From the human T2T-CHM13v2.0 reference genome, Homo sapiens: a stretch of 64,000 nt of DNA. Under the pieces are notes generated by a model. It made no database searches. It had not been told where the DNA came from and saw only the letters and a program-made list of their open reading frames with translations. This document shows, one piece after another, positions 29,887-42,050 of the stretch (positions are counted from its first letter, which is position 1; each line of letters begins with the position of its first letter). The position numbers and the translations under genes were made by a program. The stretch lies in NCBI RefSeq assembly GCF_009914755.1, contig NC_060926.1; one strand, given 5' to 3'.

Positions 29887-29930
<44 letters not shown>

Positions 29931-30378
29931 ATATATAATACATATACAAACACACATGCATGCTCAGAGAAAGAGAGAATAGCTCCTGTGATTATGAAGG
30001 GTAGTAAGCTCCAAGTCTGTAAGGTAAGTCAGCAAGTGGGAGACCCAGGAAAGAGGATGGTGTAGGTCCAGTCTGAAGATGCAGGAAGGGCCAATATTTC
30101 AGTTTGAGTCTTAGGGCATGAAAAAGCTGATGTACCAGTTTTAAGGCAATCAGGCAGGATGAACTGAGGCAAGGTCAGCATTTTTGTTCTTTTCCAGCCT
30201 TCAGCTGATAGGATGAGGCCTGCCCACATTAGGGAGGGCCATCTGATTTACTCAGTCTACTGATTTAAGTCCAGTTTCATCCAAAAACACCCTCAAAGGA
30301 ATACCCAGAATAACGTTTGACCAAATATCTGGGCACCCTGTGGTCTAGTCAAGTTGATATACAAAATTAACTATCACA
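29857..30378 (-). mobile_element. MLT2B-like solo LTR with (GT)n at 29889-29927, inserted in L2
   Basis: TGTATTAGTCAG...AAAATTAACTATCACA. TSD GGTCC/GGACC. Confidence 0.88.
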
Positions 30379-30423
30379 GGACCTAAATAACAGTAGTTAA
30401 TAGAATGAATATTAAGGAATCAG

Positions 30424-30935
30424 TGTCTTATTAGCAGTTTTTCAGAGACACAGACCAATACAATGTGTATAGACAGAGACAGACAGATTTAATTTAAGGA
30501 ATTGGCTCATGCAAGGGTAGGGCTAGAAACTCTGACACTTGTAGAACAGGCCCAGAGGTTAGGAATCTGTCAGGATTTGATGTTTCAGTCCTGAATACAA
30601 AGGCTTTCTAGAGGCAGAATTTCCTCTTCTTGGGAGACTTCAGTCTTTTCTATTAAGCCTTCAATTGACTGAGTAAGGCCCACCCACATTATGGAGTGGG
30701 CCTCATTCAATCAGTTCATACAATTTATACATTATGGAGTGTAATCAGTGGACTTTGGGTGAGCAGATTACCCTTCAATTTATACATTATGGAGGATAAC
30801 CTGCTTTACTTAAAGTCTACTGGTTTAAGTGATAATAATATCTAAAAAATATCCAAAACAATATCTAGACTGGTGTTTGAGCAGACAACTGGGACCATAG
30901 CTCAGCCAACTTGACACATAAAATTAACCGTCATA
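30424..30935 (-). mobile_element. MLT2 (C/D-like) solo LTR with an internal rearrangement
   Basis: TTTAAGGAATTGGCTCATGC...GGCCCACCCACATTATGGAG...TTGACACATAAAATTAACC. Confidence 0.85.
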
Positions 30936-33459
30936 ATCAGTAAAAGATATTGACCTAATTTGGTAATATGCAGATTCTGGAGTTTCGCAAACCAGCAAAA
31001 CTTTAAATAATGTAAACTGCAGAGCTATCTAATGTAGCTTGATACATATAAGCATAAAACCACTTATAGGATTCAATTAAAAATGCAGTTTTAATGCCAA
31101 AAAAGTGAAAAGACTTAATATCAGAATAAAAGATATTTGAAATTTATGAATTTCAGAAACATACAACAGTGCTTATTTTAAACCAGTGCCAGTTTGTGAA
31201 CTGCATGTCAGTACACTTCTGTCCCAGATTCTGTGATTCTCTGAACAAGGACTAATTCTAAGTAGGCAAAAAATATATTTCCCCTATTATCCTTTTCTCT
31301 GTTCTTGTTATACTCTTTCCTCCCCGGTAATGCTTTTTTTTTTTTTTTCTCTTCTCCCCACTCTTTCTACCATGGCTTGTGGCTTCTACAATTTTTTCAC
31401 TGAAGCCATACCCCTTGCAAGGCTTTTGTTGGCAAATAACAATAAAACCAACTCAAGTGGGCTTGTCCTATAATAAACGGCATGCCATGAAATCTAGAAG
31501 GAAGGTGAATTTCAAGATTAACTTGATCAAGTAACTGGCTTAAGATTTTCTTTGAGGGTCCCTCGGAGCATGTTAGCTTCCTCTTTAGGCTGCTAACAGG
31601 AGAGCTGAAGTCATCCTTAGCCTTGCATTCACATAGGACAACACCAGGAGGAATTAAGAAGGCGTTACTCCCGGGAGTTCTTAACAATATAAAGAAAACC
31701 TCTCCGGAAGCAGCCAGAAAAATCTCTAACTCATGTCATGGGCCTGAATTGGGTCTCATGCTTGTTCCTGTCACTAATTAGAGAAGCGGAATTCCTCTTA
31801 AATCAATCATGCTGACTTTTGGAACTGAGGGAGTATTTTCAACTTTACTTGGGACATATGGGATCTTCCAAAAATGAAGGGATGCTAAAAGCAAATCAAG
31901 ACTTTGTTTGGAAAAAAAGGAGGAGGTAGTTCCTGCATCAGTAGCCAGTAGTGTCTATGAGGGTCTAGTAATTATCCAGCATTCACAAATGCACCACTCT
32001 CCATGCCCTCTCATTCAAACACGCTCACACTTATAAAAAAAAAATGCACTAAACTCTTTCCAAGAAGATGACATAGTCATATCTAGCTATCACACCTAGT
32101 TCCAAGTCTAGGACGTTTCCATGATATGCCTTCTTCTTCATCACGTCCAAACGCCTGAAGACCCCTGATTAACAATAAATTATGTATCTCTGAAACATTC
32201 CAAATGAATTGTGAGGGAAGAAAAGAATAGCTGTAAAAACAAACCCGAACTTTCTATTTGGAAAATAGAAGCATGAGAAGTAGCCCACTGAGGCCACGGA
32301 TCCATTTGTCATTTACAACTGGCTGATTCTGGCAAGAACTTCCTGCCATGTCAGCGGTCTGTGCTGTTGATTTAACCTGGTTAGAGAGCTCTCGGTGAGC
32401 TTCCAGGTATAATTTCCCCTTCCCATTGCTTCTTTGGCCTCTCCTTGATGGCAATGAAAGGTATCCCTTTGGGAAACTTTCCCCGCTGACATGGTTCTGT
32501 AAGCCTAACAGTTGTCTTGGAGTGGCACCATTGCTTCCTCTTCATAACCGCTTCTGGTTTCCATGGCAGTGATCTCCCTTAAACACCTGGGAGCCTTCCA
32601 TTTACAAGGCTTTCAGTCAATTCCATGGCTTAGTACAAGAACCAAAGACAACATCTCATCCAGTTTTCGAAGGTGAAGATTTCTGTCTATTAGCAACAGT
32701 TCTGTGCACTGCCCATTGCTTGAGCTCTCAATGTGATATTTGCTAATTTCACCCGGGCCTCTGTCTGTAGCCATTTGAACACTCTAGCTTCAAGGGGAAA
32801 AGTATGTTCTTTGCACCGAGACTGTATCTCAGGTGCACCATCACAATGAGCATGAGCTTCAGCTTTTTTTAATTATTTTTTTTATTTTAATGGAGAACAC
32901 AGTTCTTTAAACTGGCAGAGAATAGGAGCAGGAACTGGGGTGAGAAGGAAAGGTGACAGAAGCATCTCTGTTTATATTTTCACCTTGTGATGGTTATTAT
33001 TTTTTAAATGTTTTCATACTTCTAAAAGCCAGATTTAAAATTCTGAATTGTCATCCACAGCCAAAGATGGAAAATCAAGAGTTATTTTCCCCCTAAGTTT
33101 ACCTCTTTACACAGGTTCTTATTGGTGATTGCAAGAAGTAGTCAACATACTTTAAAATTCAGATTTTTTTTTCCACCCAAGTCCCTTAATACTAAAGCTT
33201 CCATTACCATTACAGACTATAGTTTGGCCAACTGTATTGTGTTGGCATAAGAAAGATTTCCAAAGTCCGTTTCCGAGAAAGAGATTCCTCACTTCCCCTA
33301 CTTCTTTCACTTAGAATCCACCCCATGTTAGATTCCGTTACCTGCAGCTACTCATTTCCAGGTATCAAACTGTGTAAGTAGCAAGCAGCGGAAAAAGAAT
33401 ATGGATACTTGTTTTGCCAAATACCTAGTGAGAGCAGTGCTCTAGAAAATACATTTTGG

Positions 33460-33757
<298 letters not shown>

Positions 33758-34050
33758 AAATACATTTTAGGAACACCACTTATGCAAAAAGAAGCAAATC
33801 ACATAGGGATTTCCTTAGAAGTGATATGAGGTGATAGCCCAGAACACCACATATTTTTAATGAAAGCATCTATGCATCCATATAATTAACACCAAGATTT
33901 CCTTTTAAAATGACTGAAGTAGGTTGGGTATTAAAATAAGGAAAATAATATAAGGAATATAATAATAAGGAAATAAATTTTCTGTCACAAATATCTATAG
34001 CTCATCGGTACAGAGATTAAAAATTTGGACAGGATAAACACTAGATGTTT

Positions 34051-34352
34051 GGGCCAGGCACGGTGGCTCAAGCTGGTAATCCCAGTGCTTTGGGAGGCAG
34101 AGGTGGGCAGTTCACAAGGTCAGGAGTTCAAGACCAGCCTGGCCAACATGGTGAAACCGCGTCTCTACTAAATATACAACAAAATTAGCCAGGCGTGGTG
34201 GCAGGCGCCTGTAATCCCAGCTACTCGGGAGGCTGAGGCAGGTGAATCGCTTGAACCCGGGAGGCTCTCAGCAGTGAGCTGAGATCACGTCACCGTACTC
34301 CAGAACGGACAACAGAGCGAGACTCTGTCTCAAAACAACAACAACAACAACA
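34051..34352 (+). mobile_element. AluSg-like
   Basis: Full dimer with the TCACAAGGTCAGGAG 2-bp-deletion type and a (CAA)n tail. TSD AAACACTAGATGTT. Confidence 0.93.
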
Positions 34353-37300
34353 AACACTAGATGTTCGAAGCATTGTTAAAATGTTTATCGTAAAGGGCTG
34401 CCTTCCATTTGTCAACATAAATATCTCCTTTGTTAAGATTTGTTTTCAAATGTCAGAACCTAAATTTACCCAGTTATTCTAAAACCAATCTTTTGACATA
34501 TTTTCTCTTTTGATTGTTTTAAAGATATTATAATAGCCAATTTATAGATTTAACTTTAAAAATCCTGTATGTATATTAGCACCTTTCTGCAATGATTTAA
34601 TGGCTACTTGGACACTTTAACTTTCATTAATAAAATTAGGTGTGTTTTATTTAAAATATGCCATGAATAACTTTTTCTTGTGTTTATTTCCTCAATTCTT
34701 GTAGGTCTTCCAGTGTGGCATGGCTATGACGCTTGTAGCTTACTCAATGTCCCTAAATATCCCCCAAAATATGGGAACCTGAGAGTGTTCTTCGTAGAAT
34801 TCATGAATCTCCCCTGGAATTTTATTCCACAGATTCAGTTTTGAGACTTTTTATCCTTTTGATTTGATTGCTCCTGGAGTCCTACCCTGAGCTCTGAGTG
34901 AATGTATTTATCTTAGTTTGTCTAGAAAGGCACTCTGGAATCTGCAGTGGGAACTTGATGATAGATGGATCATTGAAACTGGCTTTTAAAAGTGACATTT
35001 TGGTTAAAAGTCATCTCAAAAAAGAAAAACAGCTTTTAGAAAGTGTATATTCAATAAAATTCCAGAAGCCGGCCCTGGTGGGCTGTCCCTGAATCTGGCT
35101 CTGGCAGTGGGTTTGAAATTCTCCAGCCTAGTTGAGAGCACAGTGTCTTCCCAGAGCACAGAGGCCAGGCTCTGCTCAGGAATCCCGCCCCCAAGACAGA
35201 GGAAAGCACTCCCAAGGCCACGCGCAAGGTTTGCATCTGAATTATAGACCGTTCTTGTGAAGACTCTCTCTGCCGACCCATAATCTTTCCTCCTGAGATG
35301 CGAAAAAAGGCTCCACACGGCATCACAAGGATAAATGCACCACAGATACATCAGTTGATTAATTTCAATAAACTTAAGCCTGAAAAGAAGTAGTCGTACT
35401 ACAGAAGAGAGCTGTTTTTCAGAGTAAAGGCCCTTAAGAACGTGGTGTTACCCTGGTAGCACAGATCTGGATAGGTGAAACATTCGCAAAACTTCCTTTG
35501 AAAATATACATATTTAGTTTCAATAATGCATATTAAAACATTATTATATTAAACATTGTGGAATTACCTCAAATGTAATTAATAGATGTTTACGGATTTG
35601 GAATGAGCAAGTCATCTGGTAAAATATCTCCTTGATATAGACTCCTGGAGAGACCTAGATGCGTGAGAAGCTATGCCCAGATGTCTGTAAATCAGAATAT
35701 ATGTATAATCCATTAAGCAGATGGGGGAGGGAGATCACAACTTACAGACAGGAACCAAAAAAATGATAGAATAGAATTGATGAAAGGAGAGAATTTAAAG
35801 AGATGACAAAGAAGGTGAAATGCAGACAGAAAGGAGAGGAATAAAAATAAAGAGAATAAAAATCAAAGGATAAAGTAAGTTTTCATTAGACTGTGCGCGT
35901 CTGAATAGCATCCACTTGTTCCTACTGCTTTGAGAAGTTAATTATCTGACTAAACACTGCTCGCAGATCCTGAAAGGCTCTCTATTCCTCTAACCTTTAA
36001 AGACTTTTATGACTAGAATAACCAGAGCAGCTCATAGAAAGAAAATTGTTTTCTGTGCTGTAACATCAATGGCCAGAAATGTGTACACCTGGGGACCAGG
36101 TTGGAGGCTGGACCTGGCTTGCAGGTCAGAAGTTCAACACCTCTATCCTCACTCTGCCTTACGAAGGGCTCCTCACGGTAGGTGTGAAGGCAACAATTAG
36201 GAACGCACAACCTCAAGGACCACATGTATTGAAAAGAGCCCAAAAGCTGACTCCCTATCTCAAAAAGAGGTATGGCTTTTCTCCAGTGCGTGCATTTGTT
36301 TTTAATGTTTAACAAGCTGACAGGAGCGATTAGTCAAAGACTAACGGCCGACTTACTGGTTACTCCAACACAAACAAATCGTCACCAGACTGTCAGGGCC
36401 TCGACAGTGTCCATTCTTCTAAAAACGCTTAATGCATTTCTCGCATCTGCAATGACACATGTAAAGCGGGTGACCCTTTCAGATCCCCCACACCCCCCAC
36501 TCCGAAGGAAAAAAACCACAATTATTTGCTGTGTTTTATGAAAAGGTGGAAGGGAAGATTTTCCTCAAAGGTGGGATGTGGGAAACAAATGAACAAACAA
36601 ACTCAGGGTGAGTTGAGAATGCCTCATAACCAGGTCACCATCTGCTTTTGTTCCTTAATCAGATAATTGATCTCCCCTGAACCATTTATGCTCCCAGCTA
36701 AATTGTCTACAGAGATGCCCATGCCGTCAAGCACGAGGCACTTAGGAGAAGTAAATCTGATTGCAGTCCAAGTTAGGAAACATTCTGGAACACATCACTG
36801 GATCAAACTGCAGTCCCTCCTGGGAGGAACACACTTTTCAGAGTGTTGAGTGAAATATAAGGGGAGTTCAAGTCTTCAGTTATTCACCGCAGACCTTCCT
36901 TTCAAATCTGGGTGGGTCTTCTTGCAGGATTTGATGCTGAGACAAAAGGGAAAATCAGGCCATTGTGGTTTTTCTATTCATGGGAGTCTAAAGGGACATG
37001 TGTACCTTGTCATTTCTGACCAGAATGTGAGAGCTGGCCTGGTTCTGTTCTCACAGGCTCCTGCCTTCCTGTGTCCTAGGCACCCCCACCCCCGGACTCC
37101 AACCAGAGTCACCAAGCCCCTCTGCGTGGGATACAGCGTTCTGCCTCTGCAGCTGTCACTGTATGCTCAGATTGTCACACAGTTCAGGACAGATTAAAGG
37201 GAGTCACTTTTGACTGGCATATTAGGAGAGGCAGTCGTCATTAGCATACTAAACTAGGTAGCCCTAAACCTGCTGGGTCCCCAGTGAGCCTCCAACACTA

Positions 37301-38165
37301 GTTCTCCCTCTTCTAATTAATGAATGGTATTAGCAATTAAGAGAGCCTCACATGACAGAACCGCTGTACCCTTCCAAGGCAATTTTGTCTTTGCTCAACA
37401 GTAACACAGAATAAACATGAAGTTGAAATAAAGTCAGCCACACAAGAATCTAATGCCCTCCAAATCACCACAATTTTTCATTTCTGCGATCCTGAGAATT
37501 CAGCCCACCAAAGGGGCCAAAGAGCCTATTGTTTTCAAGGATTGATTAATAATTCTGCACTTTTGACTCAGCTGAATGCTTTCTTTGCATTTGTCCAGGT
37601 ATCTGGAGAAGATAAGAATTAGACGACAGCTTAAAAGGTATTAAATAAACATATACACAAATATATCCCGCCATATCTACCTTCCGTGTCCTTCAGATTG
37701 GCAGATGTCATGCTGATCTAGGCCACAGATGACGTGGTTTACATTTTAAAACATGTCCTGCAGTCATTTTGTTCTGTTAAATTATTTCATTAAATTAGGG
37801 CCTGTGACTCCAATGAAGGAGAGAAAAAATGTAAAATGTTAACCAGGCTAGCAGCCAGGTGGGCGTGCTTTGTCTTCAATTTGTCATTCAATTAGGGGTC
37901 AGGAGATAAAATTTCCTCTCTCACAGTTAAGGTCAAACACCTCCCCCTTGTGGTCCCATGTAACTGGTTCAATTCTGTTACAACCTGTATTCAGGTGTCC
38001 ACCTGGTTTTACAGGTAGATCACTTGACAGAGAGTTTAATAACATCTATGTCATTATCACCAATCACCTCATCTTCAAGTCAAAACAAACCACAGCAAAC
38101 ACAGGAGTTTGATACCAGTGAAAATTAATTAAGAATGGAAAGAAAATCAGAACTTTAGGTATATA

Positions 38166-38644
38166 CAAACGATCCCAATTCATGATGGTTTGATTTACAA
38201 TTTTTCAACTTTATGCTGTGTGACAGTGATATGCATTCAGTAGAAACCACAGTTTGAATTTTGAATGTTGGTCTGCTTTCTGGGATAGGAGACTTCATGG
38301 ACATACTGGGCAGTGGCAGGGAGCCATAGCTCCCCATCTGCCTGCCAGCAAGAGGCTATACCGCCAATACTCTACAGTGGGCTCTGTTGCCAGCATCTTC
38401 TGGATATTGTGTTTTGTGATTTTGCACCCCATAATGTCTACACAATGCCCATCTTTGGTCAGTATTCAGCCCTTTGTTATAAGATAAGCTTTGTGTCAAA
38501 TGATTTTGCCCAACTATAGGCTATGTGAGTGTTCTGAACATGATTGAGGTGGCTGAGGCTAAGCTGTGATGTTTGACTCACTATATTCTCAATTTATGAT
38601 GGGGTTATCTGGATGTAAGTCTATTGTAAGTCAAAGAGCAACTG
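38166..38644. mobile_element. MER47 (Tigger5-derived) element
   Basis: Degenerate TIRs (right end TGTAAGTCAAAGAGCAACTG) flanked by TA. Internal GCATTCAGTAGAAACC and AAGATAAGCTTTGTG...GATTTTGCCCAACT. Confidence 0.8.
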
Positions 38645-38699
38645 TAGTTAACATCTCCTGCAAAGGTAAGTGTTCTCATATGAAATACATTAATATAAC

Positions 38700-39540
38700 G
38701 CACCATTGGAATGATGAAAAATACATAAAGAGTGCCTACAAATTAATAATAAAAATATTCACAAACTAATAGAAAAGGGAGCAAACCAAATGAACATGCA
38801 ATAAATGAAGAAGAAATATTATGGCCAATTCACACATTAAAAAGCTTAACATCATTGGTAATCAAATAAAAACAAATTAAATCAATTGATTTTTTTTCAT
38901 CTAACCGATGAAAAAAGTTTATAAAGCACTACAATAATATGAAAAACAAGCATTCTCATATAATTTTGATAAAAGCATAAGCTGGAAAAATATTTATTGA
39001 CTGCTGTCATTATCCATCAAATATTTAAATTCCATTTTATCTAATAATTAGACATCGAGAAAGTTGTCTTTAAGGACATTGTTAAAAATGTGAAGTTTTA
39101 AGCATAAAGATATCTATTGCAACATTTGGTATCATAGTAAAGCGCAATTATAAATGTCCATTAATGCAAAAATGGCAAAATAAATTATGGTAATACTCTA
39201 CCTTGGACAAATGCAGTCATGCAGCCACTAAAAATGAGGTATTCGTATTGTATGTGCTGATCAAAAAATGCATATTCATGTTATTAGGTGAAAAAGCACA
39301 TTTTAGGGAAAAAATTGTGTTTTATATGCATGTTCCTATTAATGCTATGAAATGTTTGCACATATGTTTATACATATGTGTATGTAAATGTATAAAATAG
39401 GATAAAAACCTGCATGAAATGGGAGGGTCAAGGAAGGTCAGGGGGACTTTTAAGCTTTACCCAACATACGTGTGCACTGATGCAACTATGGTAGAATGCT
39501 TTAAATATTACTTGTGTAATAAAAACAAAAAGGGAAAAAA
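38700..39540 (+). mobile_element. Old L1ME-like fragment
   Basis: A-rich, diverged L1 3' motifs (TAAATGTCCATTAAT, AATAAATTATGGTA, ATGCAGCCACTAAAAATGA). Confidence 0.6.
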
Positions 39541-39887
39541 AGGGAAACAAAATCAGCTTTGTTAATGAGATGTGTAGACATGTACTCTGCTCTATAAGGC
39601 CTTATCACCTGGAAGTCACGGTAAGAATTTTAATCGGAAGAAAAGAATGCATCGAAGAGCAGACTTACTTAATGTTTTATTTCCTTCTTCTCCGTTTTCA
39701 TCTTTGTCTTCTGTCTTTTATTATCCTCTCTTTCCACAATATGTAAGTGATCACAATGTGTCCAAGAGTAGACGTGCATTAAAGACTAATTAAGCAAGCT
39801 GCTTGCCTCTATGGTGCTTACTGGCAATTTTGAAAAAAAATTAATTACAATTAGAAAAATATCAAATATTCTATTTAAAAAAACAAA

Positions 39888-40330
39888 CATGGAGTCTGCC
39901 TAAATGCCCATCAATGATGCACTGGATAAAGAAAATGTGGTACATATACACCACGGAATACTATGCAGCCATTAAAAAAAAATGAGATCATGTCCTTGCA
40001 GGGACATGGATAGAGCTAGAGGCCATCATTCTCAGCAAATTAACGTAAAGCAGAAACAGAACATCAAATGCCGCACGTTCTCACTTTATAAGTGAGAGCT
40101 AAATGATGAGAACACATGGACTCATAGAAGGGAACAACACACACTGGGGCCTGGCTTGAAGGGTGGAGGGTGGGAGGAGGGAGAGGATCAGGAAAAATAA
40201 CTAAAGGGTACTAGGCTTGACACCTGGTTGATGAAGTAATCTGTACAACAAACCCCCATGACACAAGTTTACCTATGTAGCAAACTTGCACTTGTAACCC
40301 TGAACTTAAAGCAAAAGTTAAAAAAAGAGA
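39888..40330 (+). mobile_element. L1PA (older, roughly PA13-15) 3' end
   Basis: GGATAAAGAAAATGTGGTACATATACACC...GAGCTAAATGATGAGAACACATGG...TGAACTTAAA followed by an A-tail. Confidence 0.88.
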
Positions 40331-40431
40331 AACCAATGATGTTTCGGTAATGGAAACTGCCTTGGAGAACACAATGGAGGTCACAGCTCTTAGGACATGA
40401 TGACCAGTAAATGCATTCCTGAGAAGATAGT

Positions 40432-40862
40432 GTATCCGTTTTGAGGCTGTTACAACAAATTACCTCAACCTTGATGGCTTAAACAGAAAAAAATTTATTC
40501 TTTCACAGTTCTGAAGGCAGAAGTCCAAAATCAAGGCGTCAGCAGATCTCTCTGGAGACGCTAGAGGACCATCCAGCCATGGCCTCTCTCGGCTCCGCAG
40601 GCTGCCAGCATTCCTTCTAGATGCCCCCTCTGCACCTCTACCGCCATCTTTATGTGACCTCCTCCAGTGCGTCTTCTCTCTCTTATAAAGAGACTTCCCT
40701 TGGTTTTAGAGCCCAACTGGATCATGGAACATGATCTCATCTTGAGATCCTTAACTCGTTTATATCTGCAAAAACACTTTTTTTCAAGTAAGGTCCCATA
40801 CACATGTTCTCAGGTCTAGGACATAGACATATCTTTCAGGGGGCATAGTCTAACCCACTGCA
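40432..40862 (-). mobile_element. MLT1B/C solo LTR
   Basis: GGCTGTTACAACAAATTACC...CACAGTTCTGAAGGCAGAAGTCCAAAATCAAGG...GATCTCATCTTGAGATCCTTAAC. Confidence 0.85.
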
Positions 40863-41339
40863 GAGGGCATTTAAATTAAGAACTAAACAGAATGTAGAAG
40901 ACATCTGTTGTGAAGGGCATGTGTGTGCACATGCGCATGTGCTGGGGTGGCATTCAGGCAGATGGAGATGCTTCCGTACACTTCTCTGTTGAGCAGAGAA
41001 GGGACGAGGTGACAGACCAGGAAGGAGGCTGTTGCTCCCCCCAGATAAAAGATGGTGATCATGAACTGGGGATGGAGTCAAGAGAATCATGAGCAGAGGC
41101 ATTTGAGACATAGTTCTGGCAGCCCACCTTTCTAATGCTTAAAGATGGAAAGGAAGAAAGAGGATAAAACCAAAACTGATACCCAAGTTCCTCACTTGAG
41201 CTGTGACCTGCAGAATACAGGCAAACACAGCACTGGTGGGAAGTACAGTGAGGGGAATCAAAGCTCACTTTGGCTACAAAAATATAGGCTAGGCTTAGCA
41301 ACCCAGCAAATTAGGGAAGCAGTGTAATTGCAACCAACA

Positions 41340-42050
41340 CGAAAGATGAATACAGTCTAATTACTTAAAGACAAATTTAAAATAAAAATCTCAAGCAATT
41401 AGTGAATGAAAGACCTTAACAGACAATTCACAAAAGCAAAAATACAATTGGCAGATTGTATGTGCAAACACATTCAATGTCATTCCTAATAAAAGAATGA
41501 TACGCAAAAAATATTTAATAGTCTCTTTCTACATTAGAAAGCATTTTTATAATAACACACACACAATGATGATTGGGATGGGATAGAAAAAAAGTGAACA
41601 CCTTGTTCTACATTAACTCTGGCATTTGGCACAAACTTTCTGAAGGCATTTGACCCAATGATTCTGCATTTCCAAATCTACTTTCGGTCAAATACTCAGA
41701 AAAGTAATCAAGAATTTCTGAACAAAGATATTCTCCTCAACATCATGAAGACTCAGAAAGACCTTCATAGCAATATCAGAGACAGTTAAATAAATTATGA
41801 AGTGCTGTACAATGGAATATTATGCAGCATTAAAATACACTATAAAAGGAATTTTAGATGACATGGGAACATTTCATAAGTTTTAGCAAAACAAAGTATA
41901 ATGTAAAATTTTAGGTATAAACCATGCCCAGTATTTAAGAAGTACATTTGCAAAATACAGGCAAAAAGCATGCCAATATGGTAACAATGGTGACTTCATT
42001 GTATTTGTTTTTCTGTAATTTATTAATTTTCTTCAATGAAAAATTACAGC
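41340..42050 (+). mobile_element. Old L1ME-like fragment
   Basis: AACAGACAATTCACAAAAG, TAAATAAATTATG...ACAATGGAATATTATGCAGC. Confidence 0.6.

Noticed and set aside
37504-37519. CTCF-like motif CCACCAAAGGGGC
   Set aside because: It mismatches the core spacing and is not supportable without ChIP data.
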